DNA from: a virus
Strand: one strand, 5' to 3'
IMG/VR virus record: IMGVR_UViG_3300009151_000031
Length of the DNA: 64,000 bases
The notes below the pieces were generated by a model that saw only the letters and a list, made by a program, of their open reading frames with translations, had not been told where the DNA came from and did not search any database. The position numbers and the translations under genes were made by a program. Positions 38,939-49,246 of the stretch are shown here, piece by piece (within the stretch, counting starts at the first letter, position 1; every line of letters begins with the position of its first letter).

Positions 38939-40105
38939 ATGGCAATAGTACAAATCAGTCAAATTCAAGTTCGTAGAGGCCTACAGCAAGATCTTGCCGC
39001 CACTACGCTCACCGGCGGAGAAATGGGCTGGAGCCTAGATCAACGCAGATTATTCATTGGCAATGGCACAACAGCAGAAGGTGCACCAGCAATTGGGCAC
39101 ACAGAAATTCTAACTGAACATAGCGATTTCTTAGGATTTGTTTCTAGTTATACATTTGCAGGAACCGATGCCGGTTACACCAGTCAAACTGGCGCAACAA
39201 TTCTAGCACCTGTTACTCGTAGTTTACGAAGTGTATTAGATGACAGCGTTAGTGTACGTGACTTTGGTACAGTAGCTAACGGCACAACAGACGACACAGC
39301 CGCACTCAACCGTGCCATACAACAAATTTATGTAAGCAGTTTAAATGGTACATATCGCAATGTTCAGCGTACTATTAAAATTCCCGCAGGCACTTACAAA
39401 ATTTCAAGTCCTTTACTAATCCCACCTAATTGTACATTAGCAGGCGATGGTAAAAACAACACATATATTTCAGCCACCGCTGGCACAGCATTTTCTTTTT
39501 GCGATAGTTTATTCCAACTTGGTACCAACATGGGTACTAATGGTGCAACATTGCCGTCTGGAATTTCTATTAGAGATTTGTCAGTTGCTACAGCCAGCAT
39601 AATAGCCCCAACAGTACTAGTTAATAAATCTACAGATGTTACATTTAACGATGTAAAATTCATTGGTGGAAATTATGGACTAAGTTTAACTGGTGCAACG
39701 TCAGACATTAAACTTAATAACAGTTCTTTCTCAGGATACGCTACTAAGTCAATGTACATTGACCCGGCTGTAACCGGTATTGTTACTAGAGCACGTTATT
39801 TTGATACAACCAATGTGAGTATATCAAGTAACTCAGTAGCATCGATTGGCAACGTATTTGCCGCTGGTGCAGGCGTATTTAAATATCAAATGAATAATTC
39901 AGCAAGTACTGTTTATCGCATTGGCGAATTAAAATACAATAGCATGGGTACCGTGGGTAACGTAAAGTTTGATGATGAGTTTGTTGAACCAACTACGTAT
40001 GGTAGTTCATTAACTGCTAACCTTTTTGCTCATGCCAATGGCAATGTCATCTGCTCGACCACAACTCCGGTAACTATAAAATACAACCAGACACAATTTA
40101 TATAA
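38939..40105 (+). CDS. Tail/baseplate-associated protein with Mtd-N-like and pectate-lyase-like beta-helix domains
   Basis: QIQVRRG...GEMGWSLDQRRLFIGNG; SVRDFGTVANGTTDDTAALNRA; IPAGTY. Confidence 0.7.
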   Translation: MAIVQISQIQVRRGLQQDLAATTLTGGEMGWSLDQRRLFIGNGTTAEGAPAIGHTEILTEHSDFLGFVSSYTFAGTDAGYTSQTGATILAPVTRSLRSVLDDSVSVRDFGTVANGTTDDTAALNRAIQQIYVSSLNGTYRNVQRTIKIPAGTYKISSPLLIPPNCTLAGDGKNNTYISATAGTAFSFCDSLFQLGTNMGTNGATLPSGISIRDLSVATASIIAPTVLVNKSTDVTFNDVKFIGGNYGLSLTGATSDIKLNNSSFSGYATKSMYIDPAVTGIVTRARYFDTTNVSISSNSVASIGNVFAAGAGVFKYQMNNSASTVYRIGELKYNSMGTVGNVKFDDEFVEPTTYGSSLTANLFAHANGNVICSTTTPVTIKYNQTQFI

Positions 40106-40112
40106 GTACAAC

Positions 40113-40559
40113 ATGTTTCAACAAAAGCCAGAGGACCGACTGAGGTCCTGGCGTGAATTTCGATCGACGTTAGATTTAATACCATTAGAACAAGCACTAG
40201 CTCAAACAGCAGAGTATTGGGCAAGGGCTCCTTTTACTCCGTATTATCTGGATCCAGACGATCCATCTAGATGGCCAGATCCCTGGACATTAATTATGGA
40301 AAATACCTATTGTGATGTTGCAAAATGTCTTGGGATAGTGTATACTGTTACATTAACAACGCATAGAACGGATCTTGATATTGTATTTCAGCAATATACT
40401 GACACCAGAAATAATCATGTGTATAATTTAGCTTGTGTTAACCAGGGAAAATATATACTTAATATGATTGATGGAGCGGTAGTAAATACCAAACAGATAG
40501 ATAAAACATTAGCATTAACAAAGCAGTACCGTGAAGAGTTACAATTAGATAATTATTAA
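40113..40559 (+). CDS. Hypothetical protein
   Basis: 148-aa ORF, WPDPW. Confidence 0.7.
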   Translation: MFQQKPEDRLRSWREFRSTLDLIPLEQALAQTAEYWARAPFTPYYLDPDDPSRWPDPWTLIMENTYCDVAKCLGIVYTVTLTTHRTDLDIVFQQYTDTRNNHVYNLACVNQGKYILNMIDGAVVNTKQIDKTLALTKQYREELQLDNY

Positions 40560-40568
40560 GAGAAATCA

Positions 40569-42863
40569 ATGACATCAATTAAAGTTACAAAACGAGAAGG
40601 ACACACAGAGGTCCTCGATTTAGAAAAGTTGCACAAGGTAGTATTTTGGGCCACAGAAGGCATTACCGGAGTCAGCGCAAGCGAAGTAGAAATAAAAAGC
40701 CACATACAGTTTTATAATGGCATCAAGACAGCGGATATTCAAGAAACTCTTATCAAGAGCGCCGCAGATTTAATCAACGAAGAAACACCAAATTATCAAT
40801 ACGTAGCAGGTCGTTTAATCAACTACCATCTGCGTAAACAAGTTTATAACAGCTATGATCCGTGCTCGCTATTAGATCTAGTTAATAAAAACGTAGCCAG
40901 TGGTTTTTATGACCGCGGTCTACTAGAAGCGTATTCACAAGATGAGTGGAATACGTTGGATACATATATTCATCATGACCGTGATGAGAACTTTACTTAC
41001 GTTGCTATGGAACAATGGCGTGGCAAGTACCTGGTTCAAAATCGTGTCACAGGCGAAATCTTCGAAACTCCACAAATGGCCTATATCTTAATTGCGGCCA
41101 CGTTATTTCAATCGTACCCGGCCGATACTCGTTTGCGGTGGGTAAAGGATTATTATGATGCAATTAGTCTTGGAGACATTAGCCTTCCTACCCCTGTCAT
41201 GGCTGGTGTACGCACTCCTCAGAAACAATTTAGTTCCTGTGTTCTCATTGAAACAGACGATAGTCTTGACAGCATTAACGCTACTGCTAGTAGTATTGTC
41301 AAGTACGTATCTCAGAAAGCAGGTATCGGTATCGGCGCAGGTCGCATCCGTGCCTTGGGTAGCCCAATTCGTAACGGCGACGCCTATCACACTGGTGTAA
41401 TTCCTTTTTATAAGCATTTCCAAACAGCTACACGTTCATGCTCACAAGGCGGTGTACGCAATGGTGCCGCCACGTTGTATTTTCCGCTCTGGCATTATGA
41501 AATTGAAGACCTCATTGTATTGAAGAATAACAAAGGTACAGAGGATAATCGTATACGTCACATGGATTACGGTGTCCAATTCAACAAATTAATGTACAAA
41601 AGACTCATTCAAGGTGGCAATATTACCTTGTTTAGCCCCCACGATGTACCGGAAATGTACGAAGCTTTCTTTAATGACCAAGAGCGTTTTAAAGAACTTT
41701 ATGAACGTGCAGAACGCAATACCAAGTTACGCAAGAGGGTAGTAAAAGCAGGTGATTTATTCAGCGCCTTTATGAGTGAACGTAAAGACACTGGACGCAT
41801 TTATTTACAGAACGTGGATCATGCTAATACGCATAGTCCATTCAAGGAAGAGATTGCTCCTGTAAAAATGAGTAATCTTTGTTGTGAGATTGACTTACCC
41901 ACCGTGCCATTGAAAGATGTCAACGACGAGGATGGTAGGATCGCACTATGTACCTTAAGTGCGATCAATTGGGGCAATGTAAAAAGCCCACATGACTTTG
42001 AAAAGATGTGCCGCCTAGCAGTACGTGGTTTAGACGCACTATTAACATATCAGAATTACCCTGTAAGAGCAGCCGAACTAGCAACTGAAGAATTTAGACC
42101 ACTAGGCGTGGGTATTATTAACTTTGCTTATTTCTTGGCAAAGAACGATGTAAGTTATTCAGATCCAAAAGCACTAGCACTAGTAGACGAGTATGCTGAA
42201 GCTTGGAGTTATTACCTGCTCAAAGCTTCAGCAGATCTTGCCGTTGAACAAGGTCCTTGCCTGCGTTGGAAAGATTTAAAATCAGCAGACGGACGACTGC
42301 CTATTGATACACGCAAGGCAGAGATTGATGAATTAGTACCACACCAAGAACGTATGCCTTGGACAGAACTTCGCGAGCAAATTAAATCTACTGGTCAGCG
42401 TAATGCGACCCTCATGGCCCTAATGCCGGCAGAAACATCAGCACAAATTTCAAACGCCACAAACGGTATTGAGCCCCCTCGCAATTATGTAAGTATCAAA
42501 GGTAGTAAACACGGACAGCTACGTCAGGTAGTCCCCGAGTTCCGCCGCCTGAAGAACAAATACGAGTTACTCTGGGATCAAAAATCACCAGAGGGTTATC
42601 TAAAGATTTGTGCTGTATTACAAAAGTACATTGACCAAGGTATTTCGATTAATACAAGTTATAACCCACGTTTCTATGCGGATGAAAAAATCCCAATGAG
42701 CGAGATGTTACAGCACCTGTTATTGTGCTACAAGTATGGTACTAAGCAGTTGTATTATTTTAATACCAATGACCAGCAAGGTGAGATTGATATTGATAAA
42801 TTAAGTACTCCATTAGCCGTTACTAATAACGACGAAATGGATTGTGATAGTTGTGTAATTTAA
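40569..42863 (+). CDS. nrdA: Class Ia ribonucleotide reductase alpha subunit with ATP cone
   Basis: VTKREG ATP cone, PTPVMAG, FSSC, SNLCCEI, MPAETS, C-terminal CxxC. Confidence 0.97.
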   Translation: MTSIKVTKREGHTEVLDLEKLHKVVFWATEGITGVSASEVEIKSHIQFYNGIKTADIQETLIKSAADLINEETPNYQYVAGRLINYHLRKQVYNSYDPCSLLDLVNKNVASGFYDRGLLEAYSQDEWNTLDTYIHHDRDENFTYVAMEQWRGKYLVQNRVTGEIFETPQMAYILIAATLFQSYPADTRLRWVKDYYDAISLGDISLPTPVMAGVRTPQKQFSSCVLIETDDSLDSINATASSIVKYVSQKAGIGIGAGRIRALGSPIRNGDAYHTGVIPFYKHFQTATRSCSQGGVRNGAATLYFPLWHYEIEDLIVLKNNKGTEDNRIRHMDYGVQFNKLMYKRLIQGGNITLFSPHDVPEMYEAFFNDQERFKELYERAERNTKLRKRVVKAGDLFSAFMSERKDTGRIYLQNVDHANTHSPFKEEIAPVKMSNLCCEIDLPTVPLKDVNDEDGRIALCTLSAINWGNVKSPHDFEKMCRLAVRGLDALLTYQNYPVRAAELATEEFRPLGVGIINFAYFLAKNDVSYSDPKALALVDEYAEAWSYYLLKASADLAVEQGPCLRWKDLKSADGRLPIDTRKAEIDELVPHQERMPWTELREQIKSTGQRNATLMALMPAETSAQISNATNGIEPPRNYVSIKGSKHGQLRQVVPEFRRLKNKYELLWDQKSPEGYLKICAVLQKYIDQGISINTSYNPRFYADEKIPMSEMLQHLLLCYKYGTKQLYYFNTNDQQGEIDIDKLSTPLAVTNNDEMDCDSCVI

Positions 42864-42874
42864 GGAAAAGACAA

Positions 42875-44002
42875 ATGAGTGTATTTAATATTAAGAAAAC
42901 AGACCATACCAAATCATTGGCTTTTCTAGACACCAACGGAACACCAGCAATTCAGCGGTATGACGTACTAAAGTATCGTCAATTTGACAAACTAACGGAC
43001 AAGCAGTTGGGATTCTTTTGGCGTCCGGAAGAAGTTGATGTGTTACGTGATGCAAAAGACTTTAAAGAACTAACAGACTTTGAAAAGCATATCTTTACTA
43101 GCAATTTAAAACGTCAGATTCTATTAGACTCAGTGCAAGGACGAAGTCCTAACCTAGCCTTTCTACCTCTCGCCACCATTCCTGAATTAGAAACATGGAT
43201 TGAGACTTGGGCATTTAACGAAACCATTCATAGTCGTAGTTACACACATATTATTCGTAATGTCTATAGCGATCCAAGTGCTATATTTGATGAGTTAATG
43301 GATGTAGAAGAAATTCTTGCCTGTGCTCGAGATATTAGCAAGTACTACGATGATCTAATTGAATATGGTACATGGTATCGTATGCTTGGCGTAGGTACAC
43401 ATACAGTTAACGGTAAGAAGATTGAAGTTGACATGTATCAACTTAAAAAGAAGTTGTGGTTGGCATTAAATTCAGTAAACGCATTAGAAGGCATTCGCTT
43501 CTATGTTAGTTTTGCTTGCTCATGGGCATTTGCAGAATTAAAGAAAATGGAAGGTAATGCTAAAATTATTAAACTCATAGCCCGGGATGAAAATATCCAC
43601 TTAGGATCCACGCAAACCCTACTCAAAATTTTGCCTACAGATGACCCAGACTATGCTTTACTAAAAATTGAAACCAAGCAAGAGTGCGAAACAATGTTTC
43701 TGGCAGCGGCCGCACAAGAAAAAGCCTGGGCCAAGTACCTGTTCAAAGATGGATCAATGATTGGACTTAATGAAGTATTGTTAAGTCAATATATTGATTG
43801 GTTAACCTGTAAACGTATGACAGCGGTCGGATTGGACTGCGGCATGAAACCAGGCTCAAGCAATCCTCTACCATGGACACAAAAATGGATAGCAGGATCA
43901 GATGTACAAGTAGCACCTCAAGAGACCGAAATAACCACTTATGTAATTGGTGGTACAAAACAAGACGTTGACAATAACACATTCAAAGGATTTAGTTTAT
44001 GA
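42875..44002 (+). CDS. nrdB: Class Ia ribonucleotide reductase beta subunit
   Basis: FWRPEEV, ETIHSRSY, LEGIRFY, RDENIH. Confidence 0.97.
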   Translation: MSVFNIKKTDHTKSLAFLDTNGTPAIQRYDVLKYRQFDKLTDKQLGFFWRPEEVDVLRDAKDFKELTDFEKHIFTSNLKRQILLDSVQGRSPNLAFLPLATIPELETWIETWAFNETIHSRSYTHIIRNVYSDPSAIFDELMDVEEILACARDISKYYDDLIEYGTWYRMLGVGTHTVNGKKIEVDMYQLKKKLWLALNSVNALEGIRFYVSFACSWAFAELKKMEGNAKIIKLIARDENIHLGSTQTLLKILPTDDPDYALLKIETKQECETMFLAAAAQEKAWAKYLFKDGSMIGLNEVLLSQYIDWLTCKRMTAVGLDCGMKPGSSNPLPWTQKWIAGSDVQVAPQETEITTYVIGGTKQDVDNNTFKGFSL

Positions 44003-44241
44003 TCACAGTATACTCAAAGAACAACTGCCCTTTTTGCGTTCAAGCAAAGAGCCTATTACAACTAAAGGGTGTTGACTTCGAAGAAGTAAAAATAGATGAA
44101 AGCACAGAAGCACGTGAGTTTATTGTAGGAGAAGGACATAGAACTGTTCCGCAGATCTATCAAGATGGTAAATTATTAGTAGAGGGTGGATTCCAAGGCT
44201 TGAAGAAACAGTCTGATGAATTCTTCCAGGCTTTGCAATAA
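43999..44241 (+). CDS. Glutaredoxin
   Basis: CPFC, TVPQI, GGF. Confidence 0.92.
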   Translation: MITVYSKNNCPFCVQAKSLLQLKGVDFEEVKIDESTEAREFIVGEGHRTVPQIYQDGKLLVEGGFQGLKKQSDEFFQALQ

Positions 44242-44259
44242 TATCAATTAAGGAAAATT

Positions 44260-44568
44260 ATGTTAATTCAAAAAGGTTACCAAGCAGGTGACGTTGTAGT
44301 CTTCAAGACTGTTACAGGCGACGAAATTGTTGCTAAAATTGTAGAAACACTAAGCGACGGATTTTTAGTAAATCGTCCTTGTACTGTTATTCCTAGCCCG
44401 CAAGGTTTAGGACTCATGCAAAGCATGATTTCTGCGGATATAAATACTAATGTAACGCTGAAATCTGAGCATATTATTATGCATGGTCCTGTAATACAAG
44501 ATATTGAAAATCACTATATCCGTACTACAACAGGTATTCAGCCAGCCAAGAGTGGAATAATTACTTAA
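44260..44568 (+). CDS. Conserved hypothetical phage protein (Sm-like beta fold possible)
   Basis: GDVVVFKTVTGDEIVAK. Confidence 0.6.
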   Translation: MLIQKGYQAGDVVVFKTVTGDEIVAKIVETLSDGFLVNRPCTVIPSPQGLGLMQSMISADINTNVTLKSEHIIMHGPVIQDIENHYIRTTTGIQPAKSGIIT

Positions 44569-44569
44569 A

Positions 44570-44941
44570 ATGCCAGGCCCAAATTTAGTAGCAACAGTTG
44601 CCGCAAGCACTGACATAACCCCAGGAACAGGAGTAGAAGGCGCATGTGCGTTGCTACCAGCTGGCCCGGGATATGTTATGGCCACTGCCGCAACAGTTGT
44701 TTGTGAAATGTTGCCAGTTGCCAAAATGGGAGACCCTGTAAGCCCGCACGGTAATTTCACTAACCCTAAGTTGCCAGGATTTAATCCTTTATGTGGTGCG
44801 GCATTCATAGCCGAAGGTGCTCCTACAATACTTGTTAATGGTCGACCAATGGCAGTAGTAGGACCATTAGGTAGTTTATGTACATGTGGCCATTGGCTAC
44901 AAGTACCTCGTACTACACGTACACTCACTAAAGGTATATAA
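44570..44941 (+). CDS. PAAR-like spike-tip protein (T4 gp5.4-like)
   Basis: GDPVSPHG, IAEGAPTILVNGRPMAVVG, CTCGH. Confidence 0.75.
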   Translation: MPGPNLVATVAASTDITPGTGVEGACALLPAGPGYVMATAATVVCEMLPVAKMGDPVSPHGNFTNPKLPGFNPLCGAAFIAEGAPTILVNGRPMAVVGPLGSLCTCGHWLQVPRTTRTLTKGI

Positions 44942-46788
44942 TGGCATCAGCCGCAACACTAAATGCCACAGCTACTATTGTCAATGGACATGGACTTGCC
45001 GCTAGCCCAGAGCTAACATCTGCAATAGCTGTTTATCAAAATCACACGCCACTAACTCTATTGGCCAATGTATACACTAACGCACAAACCGACGGCAACG
45101 TGGCCAACGTCATTGTTCCATTATTAAACAATATAAGTAGTGCATCAGTTGGGCATTTTTTATTAAACATATATCCTTCTAACATCGCACCTGCTTGTAG
45201 TTCTAGCGTATCTTATTATGCCAGTGGCGGATTAGCAAATGTAACTGGAACTATACAAAGCCAGGCAAATTATCCTTTTAGAAACGGACTTGCTGGATTT
45301 GCTAGTGGATTTAGTTTATGTTACGGAAGTGCAAGCGGATCATTGGATACCGTTGGCTCATTGAGTATGTTGTCCGGAAAAACCTACAGTGATTGCGGAG
45401 TTGGATATACCGGGATCACTGATTTATTAACCGGCGGTGTTGGTAGCGAAGCTAATTTGCTTGGCTCAATAGTTGCTGGGTGGGGCACAATGTATGACGC
45501 AACCAATATTAATTTAATTGCAGATCCATATGTGTTTGGTCAAAACTTATTAAATCAAGGACTTGGTAGTTACGGTAATTTAAAAAGTAAACTAGAAGCT
45601 ACTGGATTAAACACAGCCGATATTACACAGTCATCATTGATTGGTACTATTAGTTACCCCGGCGACAGTGACCTAACCCATTCATCGTTTATTGGTCAAA
45701 TTACATTGACCACAGTAGATAATATTACAGAAACTACAACAGCTACAGGAAATAATCCTGAAGTAATTAAAGCAATTTATGCAACTATTACAGGTAGCGA
45801 CTTAGCCGCAATCGTGTCAGCTACAGGATTTAGTAATAAAAATAATAGTTTAGTAACACTAGCAGATTACATTAATTTTAATAAAGTAGTTGGCTCAACT
45901 AATGTTGTTGAATTAGCAAAATATGATGTTGCTACATTTGCTGATTTTAGCAGTTACTTAAATAGTCGACTTAGCAAACAACCACAAACTTTTAATAGTT
46001 GGAAAAGCATATCAGATTATTTACAGTCAGTATCAGTGCCAACATTATCGCACACACCCACAACAGCAAACACACCTGTATTAAATCCAGGAACCGCTAG
46101 CACATTACTTGCACAAGTCGGTACTGGCAGCGGTCCGTTTGGTAATCCGGTTATGTCGGATTATTTAGGCGCAGTTGCTGGCTTGCCGTACGCCAACAGC
46201 CTTACTACCATTAACACAAATTACAATTTATTTGCTGGCACAATTACACCGGCAATGCAGGCGTTAGACAAATCAGTAACCGATACATACCGTGATTATT
46301 GGGCATCCGGGACAGCCGGGACAGACCCTGACACAGGAGCACCAACATTTACGTATGGCAACGTAACTACTTCATATATAATTGCAAACGTTGGTAAGGT
46401 AACGTCTGCATTAAATTCGTTGACAGCCAATGCGGCATTTATAAATTCTCAAACGGCATATTATACAATGCTTAATAGTATAACTTCTGAAGTTGGAAAT
46501 TTATCCAGAGCCAGTATTAAATTTACCAGTGGCGGCACCACTATGTTGATGTCGTTTGGTTCAGGAATTGGACAGTGGGGAGGTCCAGATTTGTCAGGTC
46601 TTGGAGCAAATCAAATTATTGGTAAGCTGATTACCAATGATGCTTACGGAGATACTATCCGTGCAGTCATTGCCGAAGCAACAAATAGTCAATCTACTTC
46701 AACAAATGACCCTAATCCAAGACAAGCCTTATCACAGGCAAACACCCAAGGTATACCATTAACTACATACTTATCACAGAATAAGTAG
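44941..46788 (+). CDS. Probable virion structural protein
   Basis: 615 aa, Ser/Thr/Gly/Asn-rich, coupled to the PAAR gene. Confidence 0.55.
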   Translation: MASAATLNATATIVNGHGLAASPELTSAIAVYQNHTPLTLLANVYTNAQTDGNVANVIVPLLNNISSASVGHFLLNIYPSNIAPACSSSVSYYASGGLANVTGTIQSQANYPFRNGLAGFASGFSLCYGSASGSLDTVGSLSMLSGKTYSDCGVGYTGITDLLTGGVGSEANLLGSIVAGWGTMYDATNINLIADPYVFGQNLLNQGLGSYGNLKSKLEATGLNTADITQSSLIGTISYPGDSDLTHSSFIGQITLTTVDNITETTTATGNNPEVIKAIYATITGSDLAAIVSATGFSNKNNSLVTLADYINFNKVVGSTNVVELAKYDVATFADFSSYLNSRLSKQPQTFNSWKSISDYLQSVSVPTLSHTPTTANTPVLNPGTASTLLAQVGTGSGPFGNPVMSDYLGAVAGLPYANSLTTINTNYNLFAGTITPAMQALDKSVTDTYRDYWASGTAGTDPDTGAPTFTYGNVTTSYIIANVGKVTSALNSLTANAAFINSQTAYYTMLNSITSEVGNLSRASIKFTSGGTTMLMSFGSGIGQWGGPDLSGLGANQIIGKLITNDAYGDTIRAVIAEATNSQSTSTNDPNPRQALSQANTQGIPLTTYLSQNK

Positions 46789-46925
46789 GGTTATATTAGT
46801 GGTTTTTTGTTCAGAAACGCTACTTACCTTGACTTTCGCTGACTTATATAGTATTATAATGACATAGATATGGCCGTAAATATCTAACACCTTGAAAAAG
46901 GTGTAACTCTATAGGAGGACGAAGT

Positions 46926-47618
46926 ATGAAAAAGATAATTTCAATTATCGTATCAATAATCGCCCTGACCGTAATGGCACCCGGTCATGCAGAAGAAGTA
47001 CAGGTAACGCAAGCATCACAGAATTTTTTTGATACTGTTACATCACAAGCGAAAGACCGCTTGGACACATTGGTAGACGTTATTATGAGACCCATAGTAG
47101 ACATTACCATATCAAGCAAGGACATAGATTGTCTTGCAAAGAATATCTATTACGAAGCTGGCGGTGAGCCAGAAGAAGGCAAAGTGGCAGTAGCCATGGT
47201 AACCATTAACCGTGTTCGCGATGGCCGGTTTGGGAAATCAATTTGCTCAGTAGTAGAACAACGCACAGTCATGGTTCGTGAACGTGCTGTTAAACGAGTA
47301 GAAGTAGTTAGTACAGGCTGGTTTGGTAAACCTGAACCACGTACAGTGACTGAAATCAAAATGGACCAAGTTCCAGTTTGTCAGTTTAGTTGGAAGTGTA
47401 TGTTTGTACGTGTCCCAAAGTCAACAGATCAGCGATGGGAAGAAAGTCAGCGAGTGGCCTCCCAGTTACTCAAAGGCAATTATGCACCCTGGCAAGCCAA
47501 GTACAGCGATGCATTATATTTCCATAATACTTCTGTTCGTCCAGTTTGGTCTAAAACCAAACAGTATGTGGCTCGTATAGGCGGGCATCTGTTTTATTCG
47601 GAAACAAATAAAAGTTAA
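46926..47618 (+). CDS. Cell wall hydrolase, SleB/CwlJ (Hydrolase_2) family, with signal peptide
   Basis: CLAKNIYYEAGGEPEEGKVAVAMVTINRV, CQFSW, ALYFH, IGGHLFY. Confidence 0.9.
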   Translation: MKKIISIIVSIIALTVMAPGHAEEVQVTQASQNFFDTVTSQAKDRLDTLVDVIMRPIVDITISSKDIDCLAKNIYYEAGGEPEEGKVAVAMVTINRVRDGRFGKSICSVVEQRTVMVRERAVKRVEVVSTGWFGKPEPRTVTEIKMDQVPVCQFSWKCMFVRVPKSTDQRWEESQRVASQLLKGNYAPWQAKYSDALYFHNTSVRPVWSKTKQYVARIGGHLFYSETNKS

Positions 47619-48223
47619 TGTTTTTTCAAGTTTTTGAGCGTATGAAAAGTCTTGCCGCTAAACACGGTGGCAAGACTTTTACTCCCAAGCAATTCACACA
47701 CCTACTGCGTATGCAATTTCGTGACCCACAGTTACGATTTACCACGGGACGAGATGATATGGTAGTTAGCAAAAATTTCCACATCCAAGGTCTATACAAT
47801 CCCGGCGATGACGAGGACGGCAAACCCTGTATCACTATCAGCCTGATGTTCAGTCCAAGATGCCGTCGAGTATCATTAAATGACTACAACTGGAACGAAA
47901 TGAGCTTCCATATTGCAGATACTGTTACGCACGAATACCTGCATCAGTATTATTGTCGCCAACGTGGATTTGAATTTGGTCGAGGATATCGAACAGATAA
48001 ACTTTTACAATACAGCGACACCATGAAAGATTACTTGGGGTGCGAGGACGAAATACTTGCTTACTCGTTTAACATAGCCAGCGAAATGGTAGTTTATAAA
48101 CGTCATATGGTCTTAACAAAAGTATACAGAATGTATCGCCGTTATTTTAGGCAAGATCGTAAAGTTATGCTACAATTAGAAAAACAAACGAATAAGTATA
48201 TTAAACGACTGGAGCTATCATGA
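47618..48223 (+). CDS. HExxH motif protein (possible zincin)
   Basis: VTHEYLHQ and downstream EDEILAY. Confidence 0.5.
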   Translation: MFFQVFERMKSLAAKHGGKTFTPKQFTHLLRMQFRDPQLRFTTGRDDMVVSKNFHIQGLYNPGDDEDGKPCITISLMFSPRCRRVSLNDYNWNEMSFHIADTVTHEYLHQYYCRQRGFEFGRGYRTDKLLQYSDTMKDYLGCEDEILAYSFNIASEMVVYKRHMVLTKVYRMYRRYFRQDRKVMLQLEKQTNKYIKRLELS

Positions 48224-48441
48224 GTAAATTATCCGAAGAATTAGCAGTTGAAGATGGCGTGTACGATGATCAAGATATTGGTGACGAGGACTACGGTTTT
48301 ATCCTAGGACCCGATGGAGAATTAAAGTCGTTATTTTTACCCGATGTATTGCCGTTCAAGCAACCTAAAAATGTTTACAAAATTTTAAAGTTGTTTGGCA
48401 TTCGCGATCCCATTCAATTTGACAGCGACACACTACACTAG
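48220..48441 (+). CDS. Hypothetical protein
   Basis: 73-aa acidic ORF with GGAG SD. Confidence 0.65.
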   Translation: MSKLSEELAVEDGVYDDQDIGDEDYGFILGPDGELKSLFLPDVLPFKQPKNVYKILKLFGIRDPIQFDSDTLH

Positions 48442-48479
48442 TTGACTCAAAATTCGTAATATTGTATAATTACTATATT

Positions 48480-48626
48480 ATGAAGAATAAACAACAAACC
48501 CCACGCAAAACCCGTGCCCATATGGTGTTGTTTTTTCACGACACTCCATTCAAGCCAAAACGTGTTGAGCTCAAAACTCGCTATCAGCGTCAGCCCAAGC
48601 ACAAAAAGAGTGCAGATCCAGGTTGA
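48480..48626 (+). CDS. Small basic protein, ArfA-like (48 aa; not in ORF track)
   Basis: Behind TTGACT-17-TATAAT (48442-48470); LFFHDTPFKPKRVELKTRYQRQPKHK resembles ArfA LHDPLFRQRVE..SYMRKGKH. Confidence 0.5.
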   Translation: MKNKQQTPRKTRAHMVLFFHDTPFKPKRVELKTRYQRQPKHKKSADPG

Positions 48627-48948
48627 CCCTAAAATCCATTAAATGTATACTGTATGTATTGTAAATTTTTGGAGATTGTATGGCTTACACCGTTTTCCAG
48701 CACGATCCTAAGTGGGAACCACGCAAAGGCCTAGAAGGCCCGTATCATTATCCCAATGGTCAAGTCCTGTACTATGATCCCAAAGAAGGACAGTACTACG
48801 ACCCTACTACTGACTTTTATGTCAGCAACGAAGATGTTGCAGAATTACAACAAACTATTTTTGACGCTATTGCCAGGGACTACCGCGATCCTTGGAAGTT
48901 TGTCACTGTCTAATTTTGGTTGACCCAAAAATCCATTAAATGTATAAT
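48623..48948 (+). repeat. Two more copies of the 29-bp early promoter repeat
   Basis: 48623-48651 (TTGACCCTAAAATCCATTAAATGTATACT) and 48920-48948 (TTGACCCAAAAATCCATTAAATGTATAAT). Confidence 0.9.
48680..48913 (+). CDS. Hypothetical early protein
   Basis: GGAG SD; YYDPKEGQYYDP. Confidence 0.7.
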   Translation: MAYTVFQHDPKWEPRKGLEGPYHYPNGQVLYYDPKEGQYYDPTTDFYVSNEDVAELQQTIFDAIARDYRDPWKFVTV

Positions 48949-48978
48949 ACTTGTATAGAAACTAAAAAGGAGCTGAAA

Positions 48979-49245
48979 TTGAACATTAGTACACTAGAAC
49001 AGTATGTAGAGCAAAAAAACAGTTGGGGCAAGATCTTTGATAAGAAGCCTTTGAGTTTGCTTAATGCCAAAGATCGTCAGGCTATTGCTAACAGCATTGA
49101 CTCTGACATGAGTCCCGAAAATTTAACTTGTGATGGTGAACTGCCACGTGCAGAAGTTAGCCGTCGTATCAAGTTCCTGAGCCGTTGTGCTGAAGAATTG
49201 CTCAGCATTGATTCAACTGTAACCTTTTACGAAATGGGAGTTTAA
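48979..49245 (+). CDS. Hypothetical early protein
   Basis: Probable TTG start at 48979 behind AAGGAG; SPENLTCDGE. Confidence 0.65.
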   Translation: MNISTLEQYVEQKNSWGKIFDKKPLSLLNAKDRQAIANSIDSDMSPENLTCDGELPRAEVSRRIKFLSRCAEELLSIDSTVTFYEMGV

Positions 49246-49246
49246 C

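Noticed and set aside
27568-40105. Diversity-generating retroelement suggested by Mtd-N-like domains
   Set aside because: No reverse transcriptase, no template/variable repeat pair with adenine-specific mismatches, and no C-type lectin tip seen in this window
40569-44002. Introns or inteins in nrdA/nrdB
   Set aside because: Both ORFs are continuous and of ordinary length
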